This document shows, in pieces, positions 29,183 through 42,200 of a stretch of DNA of 64,000 bases. The DNA comes from a virus, in the IMG/VR virus record IMGVR_UViG_3300025592_000986; one strand, 5' to 3'. A model generated the notes under the pieces. It saw nothing but the letters and a program-made list of their open reading frames with translations, did no database searches and had not been told where the DNA came from. The number at the start of each line of letters is the position of its first letter. Positions within the stretch are counted from its first letter, which is position 1. The translations under genes and the position numbers were made by a program.

Positions 29183-30246
29183 TAGTCACAATCCTCGTCG
29201 TCTTCTGTCGGAAGAAAGTTGTCATACAGATTACCTACAAGATTTTCATTCTCGCCTGAACCTGCAGGTCCAAAATTATCACCAGGCCTAAGAACGTCAT
29301 CAGTGCCCTTGTCGGCAAATTCTTGTTCTGATATTTCTGCATCAAATTCTATGTGGAAGTAAGTATCGATGTACTTTTGCTTGTCACTAAACTTTTCATA
29401 TGGTGGTGCAAACAGGAGCCTTCTCAACGATTCCTTTTCTTCTCTAACTACCACTCCTGATGAGTTTTCAGTTTCGACTGTTTCCTCTTCTACAATGTAA
29501 AACTCTATATCAAAGTTTTCTTTTTGAAGCTCTATGTTTTCTTCAAAAAAGTCGAGAAGCACTTTTTGATCGTCTACCAGCACTCTCTTGGCGTCTTTGA
29601 AAGTTATGTCTCTTGATGTAGCGGGTTGCGAGTCTAGCATTTCTTCGGTGTAATCTTCCGTGTCCTCGTAAGTAAAAGTACGATAGTCTATGTCTATTTC
29701 AATGAGGGGTGTCTTTAACGATGGACCAACGCCAGTGTCTCTTGAGGAACTAAGAAATATAGGAGATTTAAATTTTTGATTGTTTAGTGATTCTATCTTC
29801 CACGCTGGTACATTCTGGTTTCCGATCTGGGCTTTGCCTAGTATGTTTCTGAATAAACTTCTTTTTTCTGGCTCCATCCCAATGTCGTCGATATAGTCTT
29901 TACCATAAAGCTCATCAACAGGGATTTTGTTTATCTTACCACTCCTAGTGACCAGGCCACTGCTTTTGTTAGTTTCAAAAGAATGTCCATTTAACTTCAA
30001 CACCCTTTCTTCTGCACTGTCACTGTCATAGAGGGTCTTGGTTCTTATATTCTTTCTCACTATTCTTTCGAAAGTTTCCTGCTTTGACTCAGTAGATCCA
30101 GTAGTGTTGTAAGATGGGTCGTAGATTATCTCATCATCAGAAAATGCATAGTACGCTGGCTTCAGCTTCCCTTTAGAAAGTAGGTACCTGCCGTATTGTG
30201 TCAGCTCTATATCTATTACATCTTCTTTTTTGTTAAAAAAAGCCAT
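29182..30246 (-). CDS. Virion structural protein (N-terminus paralogous to 20493..21515)
   Basis: MAFFNKKEDVIDIELTQYGRYLLSKGKLKPAYYAFSDDEIIY vs MAFLDNSGDILLDAVLTDTGRYRMARGDFRITKFALGDDEIDY. Confidence 0.65.
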   Translation of the reverse strand: MAFFNKKEDVIDIELTQYGRYLLSKGKLKPAYYAFSDDEIIYDPSYNTTGSTESKQETFERIVRKNIRTKTLYDSDSAEERVLKLNGHSFETNKSSGLVTRSGKINKIPVDELYGKDYIDDIGMEPEKRSLFRNILGKAQIGNQNVPAWKIESLNNQKFKSPIFLSSSRDTGVGPSLKTPLIEIDIDYRTFTYEDTEDYTEEMLDSQPATSRDITFKDAKRVLVDDQKVLLDFFEENIELQKENFDIEFYIVEEETVETENSSGVVVREEKESLRRLLFAPPYEKFSDKQKYIDTYFHIEFDAEISEQEFADKGTDDVLRPGDNFGPAGSGENENLVGNLYDNFLPTEDDEDCD

Positions 30247-30254
30247 CTACTAAA

Positions 30255-33200
30255 TTACTCCTCTAGCAAACTAATGCTCGGACCCTCTGTGCGCTGGGCT
30301 GTGCCTTCTAGCCTCTGAGCGCGACTTTTGTCAAATACTGTGTTAGCATCAATCTTAATTAGTTCAACCAGCGAGAAATAATCATAAGGCCAGTTAAACC
30401 CGTAATTGAATAAGTCTTTCTCCGACCTGCTTCTTTCAGGGTGATTAGTTGGCAGGCGGTCTGTGTCCATCTTTTCAAAGTAATTCTTTTCAGCGCTTCT
30501 CTTAACTTTAAAAACCATCCACTGAATTTCCTGCATCCTCCCGTCACGAATGTATTGCTCAATTGGTGTTCCCTTGATAGAGTGAGCATTTCTAACTTCT
30601 TGATTGATTTCGTCTCCATCCCTGTTGTAGTCGTCAAGAGCTATATCAGGCGGCAAGTTTTGCCAAATAAATCCCAAATCCTTTTTCGTGAGCGTGTGAG
30701 TAAACGGGAAAGTGTACATCATAAATGGTTTTATATACTTTCCAGATCTACTGTCGTTGTACTTTAGAAAATTAAATCTTGGAGGGATTACATGTTCCAG
30801 CATAGTTCTGACCATTCCAGAAACAAAACTATTTGTAAAGAGCCCCAAGTCTTCCATTTCGGACCTCCTCAGACCAGACTTTATTTCCGAGTCCCATTCC
30901 CTGTATTGTTCATAGCCTTGGGTGTTTTTGACTTCTTGATATATTCTCTTCACAGTTGCGTCGCCAAGCTCTAAGAACTTTTTGGTGCCCGTTTGTGTTT
31001 CTAGGAAAGGTATCGCAATAACTGCTTCTGAAATGACCTTTCTTTCTTGTATTGTTCCGATTGCCTTCTGCTTAACATTGCTATCTAGTTTTTGCCCCCC
31101 AACTTTAAAATGCATACCTAGGAGTTCTGACAAGTCGCCATCCGAGGGGTTGCTAGGTGGTAGTATTTCAACAAACGTTGACTGGGTGTCGATGTTACCC
31201 ACTTGATGCCACATACCCTTTGGCACGGATAAACCAACAGACGAAGCTCTTGTTGTGGCAACTCCCTTAAAGTCTATATTTGGACATTCCCACTTGGATT
31301 GTATTGAGAGCGACTTCCTTATTATGGGTCGGCTTGAGTCGTTGTTCTCGAAAGTGCTAACGAATGCCGCGTCATCTAACCCCAAGCCTCTGAAACTTGC
31401 AGACATCTGCATCGCAACTGCCTTGTTGAGTGACGACGTTACCGGGTTGACATCCGCTGTTGCAAAACTTGAGTCAGTAGGCCCAGAGTAAATTGTCCTA
31501 CTGCCCAGTCCGGCTGCACCATAAAAGCCACTATCTTTGTAATTCTGCAGGCTTGCATCAGAAAAGCTACTATGAACTGAACCTGTAGCTTTAATGAACC
31601 TGTTGTATTTTATAGTTGGCGTCGTCTTGTTGTCTATTGCAATTCTGGTTAAAATTGATTCAATGGCACCAGGGTTACTCATTTCATAGTTCTCGCCCTC
31701 ATCTGGAGTAAAAGAGTATTCAACTTCCGCGTAAGCATCAAAATGCGGTGGAGTGTAACCGCTATATCCGTGAGCAAAGTGCGTGTCGTATCCATAGTCG
31801 CTGGTCTCTCCCGACTGCAACTTTGCAGAGGCGTCGACTGGTGGCCCGAAAGCCTGGGGTAGGTTGTATATTGGGAAATCCTTTCTGTCAGACTTTCTCG
31901 ACATTCTTAATTTCATCCTGTAGGTCTTTCCGTACTCTATTGGTCTTTGAGGTGTGTCCTCAGAGGCTATAACTGTTGAATGTCCGTTTTCCAAGAAGAA
32001 GTTCATAGTTTCAGCATAAAAGTTATTGGCAGCCTCTGAGTAGAGAGTCTTTCCGAGCGCCCTCATAGCTGTCAAACTGAAGCTAGATGTCATCATAGAA
32101 GAAGTGTTTGGCATCCCAAAGAATGCATAACCTCCTTCGGCAGCATCGGCTTTGGCGTCGTCCGTAGATACCGAAATTTTCCTGAAGTCTAATCCAGAAT
32201 TAATCGCCGTCCTGTAGCCAAGCATAGCTTCCGGCACCACCCTAACAAAAGAACAGGGTTGGAGACTTGCGCTGGGGTGTGGCTCTGTTTCATACAGAAC
32301 AAGAGTTTCATCAAATTGGCCCTCCGTGACCTCTCTTTGACCGTTAGAAAATAAAGACCTTGCTGGATCTACAATAGCTTCGAAAGGAATTCTTTCCACT
32401 CTTTGAATACCATATTGGCCCGAACCTCTTTGCCAGGTGGTTAATGTCTGATCTTGATCTGAGTTGAAGAAGTTCGCCCAAGATGCAGAACCTATTCTCG
32501 GTATGCCACCATCTGCAGTTTCATTAAACTGTGACCCGGTTATATATGATGGGTACTTAAACGCACCTGTTAACTGGTGCTGAGATGAAATAGATGACAA
32601 CAGTGTTACACCATACCCGCCAGAGAACCCTCTAAACTTTGCCGTGGATAGTGAAGAAGAATAATCAGAACTCCCTATAAGTTGAGTTCCGTGAGGGTAT
32701 TCTAAACCGTGGTCTGATATACTGTTTGTGCGGGTCTCCGAACCGGTGTTGTGATAACTCAGATTATTAAACGTTCTGTGTTTTCTCGAATAGTTCAGCC
32801 AGGCCTTATTTGACATTGGCTTTCTATTTGTTCTGTTTGCATCGTCCGAAATTGTACCAGATAAGGTCATTATTCCAGTATCGTTGCCCATCCTATACCA
32901 AGCGACCAAACTGTTTCTCATTCTTGGCCTAACGCACATATCTGGACGCCACGGGCCTCTATATCTTGATCCAGATCCATACAGACCCACCACATCTGCT
33001 GGTGCGAGCTTTTTGTTAAATATGCAAACCTCTGCGATGGACGCTTCTGGTGATCCAAATTCTCTACCAGAATACGAACCTGTTGACCAAGATCTAGAGT
33101 TACCTATTGTGCAGTTGTCGTAACCGTCTATGTCTAACTGATTTAAGTTCGGCATTGCGCCCGTTGATGACGCTGCTGTTATTTGAGACCCGGTAAAATT

Positions 33201-36200
33201 CAACCCGTTTATAAAAAATATCGGAGGCTCTCGTGAGCCGTCAGTTTTTAGTTTGCCTAGAGGCAACGTTACGCCTACATGGTTCCACGAATCACCTATG
33301 AGTCTCCTCTTAGCGGCAGCAGAGCCAGAAGATCCCATCGAGAAGTAGGCCTTCTTTCCGCTCGTGTCCCGGACATAAAGCTTGAGATTAGAGCCGGACA
33401 TATAAAAATTAAAACCGTTGTTTAGCTCTGTTTCCCCATCCTTGCCTCTGCCGCCGAACTGAACTAATGTTCCCTGAATCTGAGACAGCTCGCTCTTAGT
33501 CGAGGATGCAGGGTCTGGATAAATCCACATAGAAACAGATATCGCAGACGAGCTTAAAGAGGTTGCTGACCTTGCAGAGCCAGAAAAGACTTGTGCCCAT
33601 TCCAATCCGTCTCCGATTTCTACCCTATTTACAGCAGAGCCTGAAAACTTTGTACAAACCTCCATAAATGGTCGGTCTTTTTTCGGAACAAAGACGGGAT
33701 AGTCAACGGCAATGCCGGACTTTACTGAATTGAATCCGATACCGGGCGCGTAAAAAGGCGCGAGTGCTGTTCTAAAACTACCCATTGAGGTTCTAGTGTT
33801 GTCGTGATTCTCTTGCATAACTTGCGAACCAGGCCCGTAAGATTGACTAAACAATGTTGCTAATTGAGTCATTCTCTGCACTGGGTAGAATCCCTCATAG
33901 GGAAGCAATTTCTTCAGCCCCTTGCAACTCAGACTAAAGGTAGCAGGGTTTGTCCTAGAATCCATCTCTTCTAATTCATCCTGAACTACGTTAAAATACT
34001 TCATAAAATCAGAGTGACCATAAACTTCGTAAAATTTATCTTTAGAGCTATCTGAAAAATCGTTTTTGGAGCCGGTGACTGTCAAGAAATCTCTTTGCGG
34101 ACAATTAAAAAATGGGTCTTCTGAATCTGTACCAATGTAATTGTTCATTTCTTCACTGATTCTATACTCGGACACCAATGAATAATCTTGCCCCATCAAT
34201 CTTATCTGTTCTGCATAACTCTTGTAGTCGCTAAAGTTAAATGGATATCTTTTCGCCAGGTCTCCTGCAGTCCATTTTGTAGCGCCAGCAAGGTAGGTGC
34301 TGTTTGAAATCGATGCAGAGAAATAAGCATCACCAACCGGTCGTCTGTCCTCTAAAGGTGTAGGCGAACTTGATACTTTGTCCATCGTTGTGGGCATGTT
34401 GGCGCGGAGCGGGGTGATTCCAAATTCTTCTCCGTCGGTGAAATAACCAGAGTTGCCTATTGAGCCCTGAGCGCCAATATTTTTGCCAAACTCTTTTGCT
34501 GATGGTTTTCTAGAATTTTGATAAGATTGAAACATTTCTAATATTATTGTTCTTTTGTCAGCATCAAAAGTGGCCTTGCCTACGTCCTTAAACCTAAGCC
34601 CCATAGAAAAAGAGTCGTTTCCTTCGAAAGAGTTTAAGCCGTCCACGATTTGCTCAACTGCTTTTCCAGTCGTGGTGGCGCTTTCGGAAAGCTTGATATA
34701 TGCCAAAGTCTTGTCCGGGAAATTAGTCTCAGTATCTGGGTGGTGTGGGGGTACAATCGTTATATAGTTTATACTTTCTGCTCGGAAATCGGTGACAGCA
34801 GGCTTCATATAGAATGTGGCCTCCCTTAAAACGTTTAGTGATGCAGATGTTGTAGCATACCAAGATCTGAACTCACCTTTGTTATAACCGAATGGGCTGC
34901 CATCGTGATCGTGCAGTGGACTGTCCCCAACGTCTGGCAAGCCGTGGATGACAATTGGTAGATTGTCGGAAGTTACAGTCATATGCATCGAGTTCTTGAC
35001 AACATCTGTGCCGCCTATGTTTCCGATTGCATCGACCCATTTACCAGTGTTGGTGCCATAGTAGCTAGTAAAGTTTGGATTCCTAGTCAACGTTTGCGAC
35101 AAAGTGAACGAACCGGGTGTAGATCCAGATTCGTAGAGGAGCACTGCTCTGCTGCCCTCTGCGTCGTTGTTATCCGTGTCGTTCCCACTTACTGGTCTAG
35201 ATATTGAAATCCAGCTTGGAGTCGCAGATACAAATGCCCCAAAGTAATTCTTTTCCGTGGTTACTGGGTTGGTGATAGTCTGAACGTGTACCTTCGTTCC
35301 ATCATCTTTGAATCTCCAAATTTGTACCGAACCTGTTCCAGCGCCTGCGCCGCCTCGTATACCTTCAGGTTCACCGATAACAACGTGTTTGTTGCCCAGT
35401 CCAAACGAAACGTTTGCTCCAAATCTCGGACCAGTAGTGTGGGTTGGGTGGGACGATGTAAACACACAGACGGGTGCCCAGGAACCCGATGTAGATCCGT
35501 TGACAGGTGTTGAGCCCGACTTATATATATGAACGACGCCGCCTTGGACCATTTGGTCTGAACTGTTTGATTTTACATACTGCCCCGTGGCACTAATAGC
35601 AACATATGAACCTGAGAATCGTACCTCTCTACCAAAGTATTGACCAGTGCTCGGGTCATCTGAAACAATTTCCGCTTCTTGTTGCCAGCCGCCCACTGCA
35701 CCACTAGACACTATAAAGGCTTTACCAGTTCCAGAGGTCATCACGCCCGAGGAACTGCTCTTATACATACCGTAAATTAGAGAAGTTCCGTCCTTACCGA
35801 GTGCAAGGTTTTTGCCAACGGATTGTGCTGTGGCCTCACCTTTCAAGATAAGAGCTTCGTGCTGAGAGTTTCTAACTGTAGAGAGCTTATATATGTATAT
35901 ACCACCGGCTCCGTTAGTTGAGCCCTGACCCGATGACGACTGGCGACCGGGTGCTCCAACAGCAAGATAGTCCCCTTGAGTGTCTATATGCCAGCCAAAC
36001 TCTGCGTTGGCGGGACCAGTTTGGCTAGGAGCATCGCTCATTGTTAGCTCAAACGCCAAGTCCTCAACCCAAGGTATACCAGGGGCACCATTGGCTCTCG
36101 TGTCTCCGCTGTCTGGAGTGTAGTTAAATTTATGAACCCTGCCCCGGTTTGTGCCGGAGGCAGGTCCAGACCAGCCGCCGACATACAGAGTTGTCGCATC

Positions 36201-39200
36201 TGCCAAGCGTAAGGAGTGTCCAAAGTATGCTGCGTCTGAGCCCCCCTCTGATTCGTTTTCCCTATACGATTGTGCGCTTTCTGAGATTGTGTACAAGGGT
36301 GCCGAATAATTGTGCGTGCCTGACATATCAGCATAAGTAAATCCGTCCTGTTTTATGTGTATTTTAAAAACCTTCGGCGTCTCAGGAAACCTTCTAGCAT
36401 ACGTAGCTGAAGCACTTGGGAATGTTTGAGTATTCTGGAGGAAGCCGCTTTCAACACCAGAATCGGCGTGGCCCTCGATTCCCCTAAACAAACCAGTCGC
36501 AGAAACTAACTCACCTTCTCCAAACCTACCTGGATGGTCGACACCTAAACTAATTTCTTTAGAGGTTCCAAAGTTTTCCTGCGCGTCAAGAGGCCACTTT
36601 GAGGAGTTTCTTATAAGCTGACCTTGGGAGTTAAATGATTTCGTTTTAACTCTGTCGGATCTTTTCAGTGACCACCAATTAGTGTCGAAATCTTCTCTTT
36701 CCCTGGTACTCTTAAGGAACGCATTCTGTTCTTGAGGGAATAGAACCTCTTTGTAGGAGATGGAGTTCGCGTCCGCTACAGACTCTATTCCCTTAAAAGA
36801 CTGCAAATACTTCGGGTGCACTTCTTGATCGAGCCTTAAAAAGCTCTTCAAATTTAAATTGGAGAAGTTACTTACAAGGTTTCCGTAACTCACATCCGTA
36901 TATGATGTTGCCGTGGTGGATAACCTGTCTGGATTTCCTACTGGGATTGGAATAAAATTATTATTTTCATCTGTCGAGTAGTTCTTTATGAATCTTATCG
37001 GTATGTTTTGATTTGTTAAAGCAGACTCTGTAAATCTTGTTAGAGTGCTGTCTACACGCCTAGAGGATGTTCTCTTTGAGAATTCTATACTGTCTGGCCA
37101 GTTGTACGCGCTGACTGCGAAAGAATCCATTGCTCTTCTCTTGTACTTAGAAGGGTCGGAAGCCTCCAATATTGCAGGATTGCTTTCAAGTTCCGTTGCA
37201 ACGAAAGAGTAGATATTATTTCTTCTCAAACTAGTGGCTATCGGATGTTGCCCGGCCCTTAATTGTTTCCAAGAAGGGTATCCATATTGCCCGCCTCGGT
37301 TTGAGATTATAGCATTTAACAACAAATGAGATCCAATAGCGCCTTGAGAACCGGTTAGACCATCAATCATTTGTCCAGATGGGTCAACAGTCGATGCACC
37401 TTCGTTGACGGTTTGATTCGAATTCAAAAATTCGTCATTGATGTAATTGAAATCACTGAGGTCGAATTTGTTTGGTGATGGGCTCGTTCCAACATTTACT
37501 GTTGTTTTTGATGCAGCGTCATATCCAAGTATATTACTGTCTTTGTCAACATTATCCAAAATTATCGTTCTCAAGCCAGCAAAGTCAACCGGTGTGAAAT
37601 CAATGAATCTATTTTTATCGTTTTGGATGATCTGTTTCGTAGCCAAAAGCAATCTTGATTGTGGAGACGATTGTAATGCTCCATCCTGAATGGCAGCGCC
37701 AAATAAATCCATATTGATATTCGTTTTGAACGACCCAACTTCACTAGCACTTAAGAACAGTGGTGAAGAGGATGTTTGAGCACTTGTCCCAAACTCAACT
37801 GGCTCAGTAAAATCAGACTCGAACCTTCTGTAACTTCCTGTAGTCTCTATGGTCGAATTCCTAATCCAGGCGTAGCCAAGGTCAGTTTGCGGTATCTGAT
37901 GCTGAACAAAGAGGTTGTCAGACCTTACAAATATATCGTCGCTGCCTCCATTAGAAATCGCAGCGTATCTGTGGTTTCTGTTAGTCTTGTGGTAAGACGC
38001 ACTAGGTGTCGAAGAGCTTACAGAACTTAAAAACCTATGACCGAAAGCTTCTGATCTCTCCGCTGCGAAAACATCCAACATCATTCTTTGAGTTAGATTC
38101 CTGTAGTTTAGAGAACTGTATGCTGATATCTGATTTGTCGCAGTGTCTATGTGAGGGCCGCCGTGGGCTGTCCCTGCAGTCTCAGGGCCACCTGGCGATG
38201 AAAATCTGCTAGTAATTAAATGTTTTTTAACTTCTCTTTCTGGTCTCACTGTATCTTTATATCCATAAAAGTAGGATGAAGAGAACTCTTCTGTTAGTCC
38301 GAAGTTAGTGGCTACATACCCACCCTTATCGGAAGAGTGAGAGAGGAAGTGATCAACCGAATAAGTCTTCTTCTCATTCTCAACAATGTGATCTTTCGAC
38401 ATCTCAACAGAAGTGCCAAGAACGATCTGATAGTCGTGCTGGTAGTTGCCGAGATTCAAACTAGCTGTAGATGTTTTTATGTTTCGAATGTTGACTGGCC
38501 TCTTTGCAAGAGGATCTCTCAGTACGTTTGAACGACCAGCGTACGAACTAGTCAAAGATACTTTAAATAGAGATGGGGACTGCCCAGTAAAATTCGAACC
38601 TTCCATATCTGGGTTTAAAACATACAATTGATTGTGTGAGGCGCTTATAAAAAAAGCTTCCCTTCTGTCCGATCTCCCGTCTAGCCCAGTTTTGTATGTA
38701 CCTGCCTTTGACTTTCTCCCTATACTAACACTTGCGCTTCTGTTCAGTTCTATGTGCCTGTGGAAGTGGCCACCGACGTGATGCTGGGTGAACGGGCCCT
38801 GTATTGGTATCTCCCTGTCATCGCCGTAAGCGTCATCGTGAAGGTTTGTTATCTCAACACCCTTCTTGAAGTTGTCGTATATCTCTTTCTTATAATCTGT
38901 CGGAACGTCTATAGAACTACTGTAAAGGCTGAATGGAAGAACCGTACCAATATCAAAATCTCTGTTTGTGTCGCTTATATCAGCAGTGCCTCGGAACTTC
39001 TTCTTTTCAAATACCTGTCCGCCCTGCAATCTATACTTAGGAATATTAACATCATCACAAACTGGGCCCGCATCAATGTCTGATCCACTAACTCTTATGT
39101 AGTCGTTGCTGCCAGGGTTTGTCGTTCCCTTAAAGAAGTCCAACTTTTTGTTCAGGTGAAAGTTTGATCCGCCGTGAAGAACGTGCTGGATACCTGCCTC

Positions 39201-42200
39201 TAGTTTGTATGGTTTTGTAAGCCTTCTGAGAGTATAAGTCGACCCGGAGGCGACTGTATTTATCCTCTTTCTTAATGTCTCTCTTTGCGCGTCGACGGCA
39301 GCATCGCCTGTCGAGATTCTTGTTGCCTTTCTGTTGGTCCTGTCTTTCCACCATCGGCAGTTCTCACTTTGTTCCAGCAAGATGTCAGCGCCGCCTGTAA
39401 AGCTAACCGCCGTGCAGTCGGTAACGGTTTCTGTTATGGTAGTATTTCCGGTGTCCCCTGAGATTGCCTGAGTTAGCGTTAAAACATTATCAGTTCGGGA
39501 TACAGTAATTTTTCCATTGTGCCCACCAGCGCTTTCAATAGCTGTCTTTAGTGCTGCCGCCTTGTCATCAAATCCGTTATCCTGGTCGAAGTGTAGATCC
39601 GAAGCTGTTGCGTCAGACTTTGGGATATACACCCTGCTTGTTCCATCTGTAGATATTATTGTAATTGCACCGCCGTCAATACTGCCACCATCAACGTCAG
39701 CAAAGGTAATTGTAGCTGTAGCACTGACGGGCCCAACGGTCGAGGGAAGAGGCGCGTGACCGTGCTCCCAGTCATATGTCAGTTCGTTTATACCTAAGAT
39801 TCTACCTTCGGGATCAGCCTGCTTCATCTCCAAAGTAGGAAATTTAGCCCAATACTTATTTCTCTCTAGGGCGTGGGACTCGATAACATTCTTTATACCG
39901 TCAGTGAACGTCGTACTAGCTGGTTTGTACTGGTCCAAAATGGTGGACAACGAGTCGTCAATCCACCTATAGAACTCGATATATTTTTCTACGTCTGGGT
40001 CGTTTTCTACGTTTTGAAAAAACAACGCTCTCAGTTTGTCTAGTGGTTTATAGGTCTGGCGATACCTGTCTACAGGCTCCCCTATGACGTTGCCAAAATC
40101 TCTTATCGATGAAAAGAGATCGATCATTTCCTGTGAGATAGACTGGTACATACTCTTTTCAAAGGAGAAGACATAGTTTACGGGCCTGGAGCCTCTGGTA
40201 AAGGTCTTGTCATCATCCGAGAGAATTCTTATCATGTCCGATGAGACAATGTTCTCGAATTCCCTTTGTCTGTATGCCGGGACGTATTCCAATGCTATGC
40301 TGGATGTAGAACTCGCCTCAAAAAAATCACCTCTAGCTGGATGGTTGTACGCTACTATCTGACCTATATCTCCATAGCTCGTCACCTTATCAATTGAACC
40401 AGAAGAGAAATCTTGAACTACTAGCTGGCCTCCAGCAGTAGAGCCAGTAATCATTGCGAAGTCCCAATTCATCGCGAGAGTCTCTATATTCGGTATGTGA
40501 TTGTCTATACCCGGCTGCAGAGAGAATGCGCTCTCATAAGGATCTTTTACTCCATAATTTTTTGGGTCTACAGCGTGCTTTGTGATGGTCTCATCATCTA
40601 AGTACTTTACCCAATGTCGTACTGAAGATATCTTTACATCTGATTGTTGTAGGACTGATCCTGTAAAGTTTCTCCTATGTGCGCCCACAAATATTCTTTT
40701 AGAGAACTTATGAAAGTCTGCGCCTTGGGCCTTGGTTATGTCTTGAGATAGTTTAAATTTGTCTTTTACCTGTCCGGCTTCTACATTTACACCAAACAAT
40801 TCGACTGTATACGCAGCATTTGAACCACTAATTAAACTACCAAAGGAACTACCAGATGGAGCTATTCTAAAGGCAAAGTTCCATTTCTCGCCATCGTACA
40901 CATCTCTAAATACTTTGGTTTGTTGTTCAGATATTATCCCAGAGGTCGACTTTAATATAAACCTAGCATTCTTTGAGTCTTCTTCCTCTTTTGCAGCTAA
41001 GATTTCAAAGTTGGCAAAGTCTTTGTCAGAAGCTCTAAACGTAAGGTTACTTGTCGAGTCTCCCTGTTGAACCGTGTGTGCCCCAAACAAGGACGACGAT
41101 ATGGGCGTAGACTTATACCTTCCAGTGTTGTCATTTTCTGGAAACAAATGGGGAAATATTATTTCAGCTTGTGTAGTGAAGGATAAACCTGTGTCGCCAA
41201 GAGTTGATCCGGTTATGAACCCTCTTGTTGGCAACTCTGCAGATGTTGTATCCAAACCAAAACTTGAGCTGTATTGAAAAATTGTCGCTGACTTGTTCAC
41301 ACCTTGAAAGTTTGCATACCTTTTCTTGACAGAATCGGCCTCGTAGTTCGGTTTTAACTCGTAAGTAGCGTTATCGGAATACGCCTTGAGCTTTATAAGC
41401 TCTTCGTCCACACCGTGAGTCCTCAGTATGTTTCTGAATGCTTTTTCGGTTCCCTTCGACTTATTTATTGTTACTAGTGAATTGTAGAGATTTCTGTATA
41501 TAAAATTCTTTATATCGTGAAGCTTTTGCTCGAACTCGAACTCTTCTGTTTTATCGGCCAGTACTTCTAGGGCGGTGGCGTCTAAAAACATCTCCGTAGT
41601 ATCTAAACCGTGAGAGGCCAGTACTTGTGACATGAAAGGAAACGGCTTCACCTCATCATAATCGTTGTATTCTAGATGCTTAAGTTTTGGAAGCTGTCCA
41701 ATCTGAGCGTGAAGGACGTCGAAATAGGATCCTATTATTTGTAACAGTTTTCTTGTTTGGCCTCTCTCACCGTCCTCCTCCAAAACCCAAGCAGGGATTG
41801 TATGAATTAGACAACTAGAATTTGCCAAGTCTCTTTGTAGACCTGCATCAGTCTTCTCATCCACGAACTTGTTGAGTCGTGGGTTTTCTGTGTGTATTAT
41901 AGGATCTTTAAACTCGCTACTAGCAACACCAGACTTGACTATCGCAGAGTCAGTCGATCTATTGCTGTCTGTATACCCGACAAAAATACCGTTAGAAAGC
42001 CTGCCAGAGTAATCCAAAACCAAACTGTCCACGCTCGATGTTAAGGACACACCTTCATTGAATTTATAATAAACACCCAACTTGGAGTTTGCTTCGTCTG
42101 TATTAGTACCGCCATTGATTTGTGTAAACCAGTGTCTCGCGATCTCCTTCGGAGACCTTTTAGTCTTCCAGTATCTGAATTCGTCTAGTGATCCAGACAG

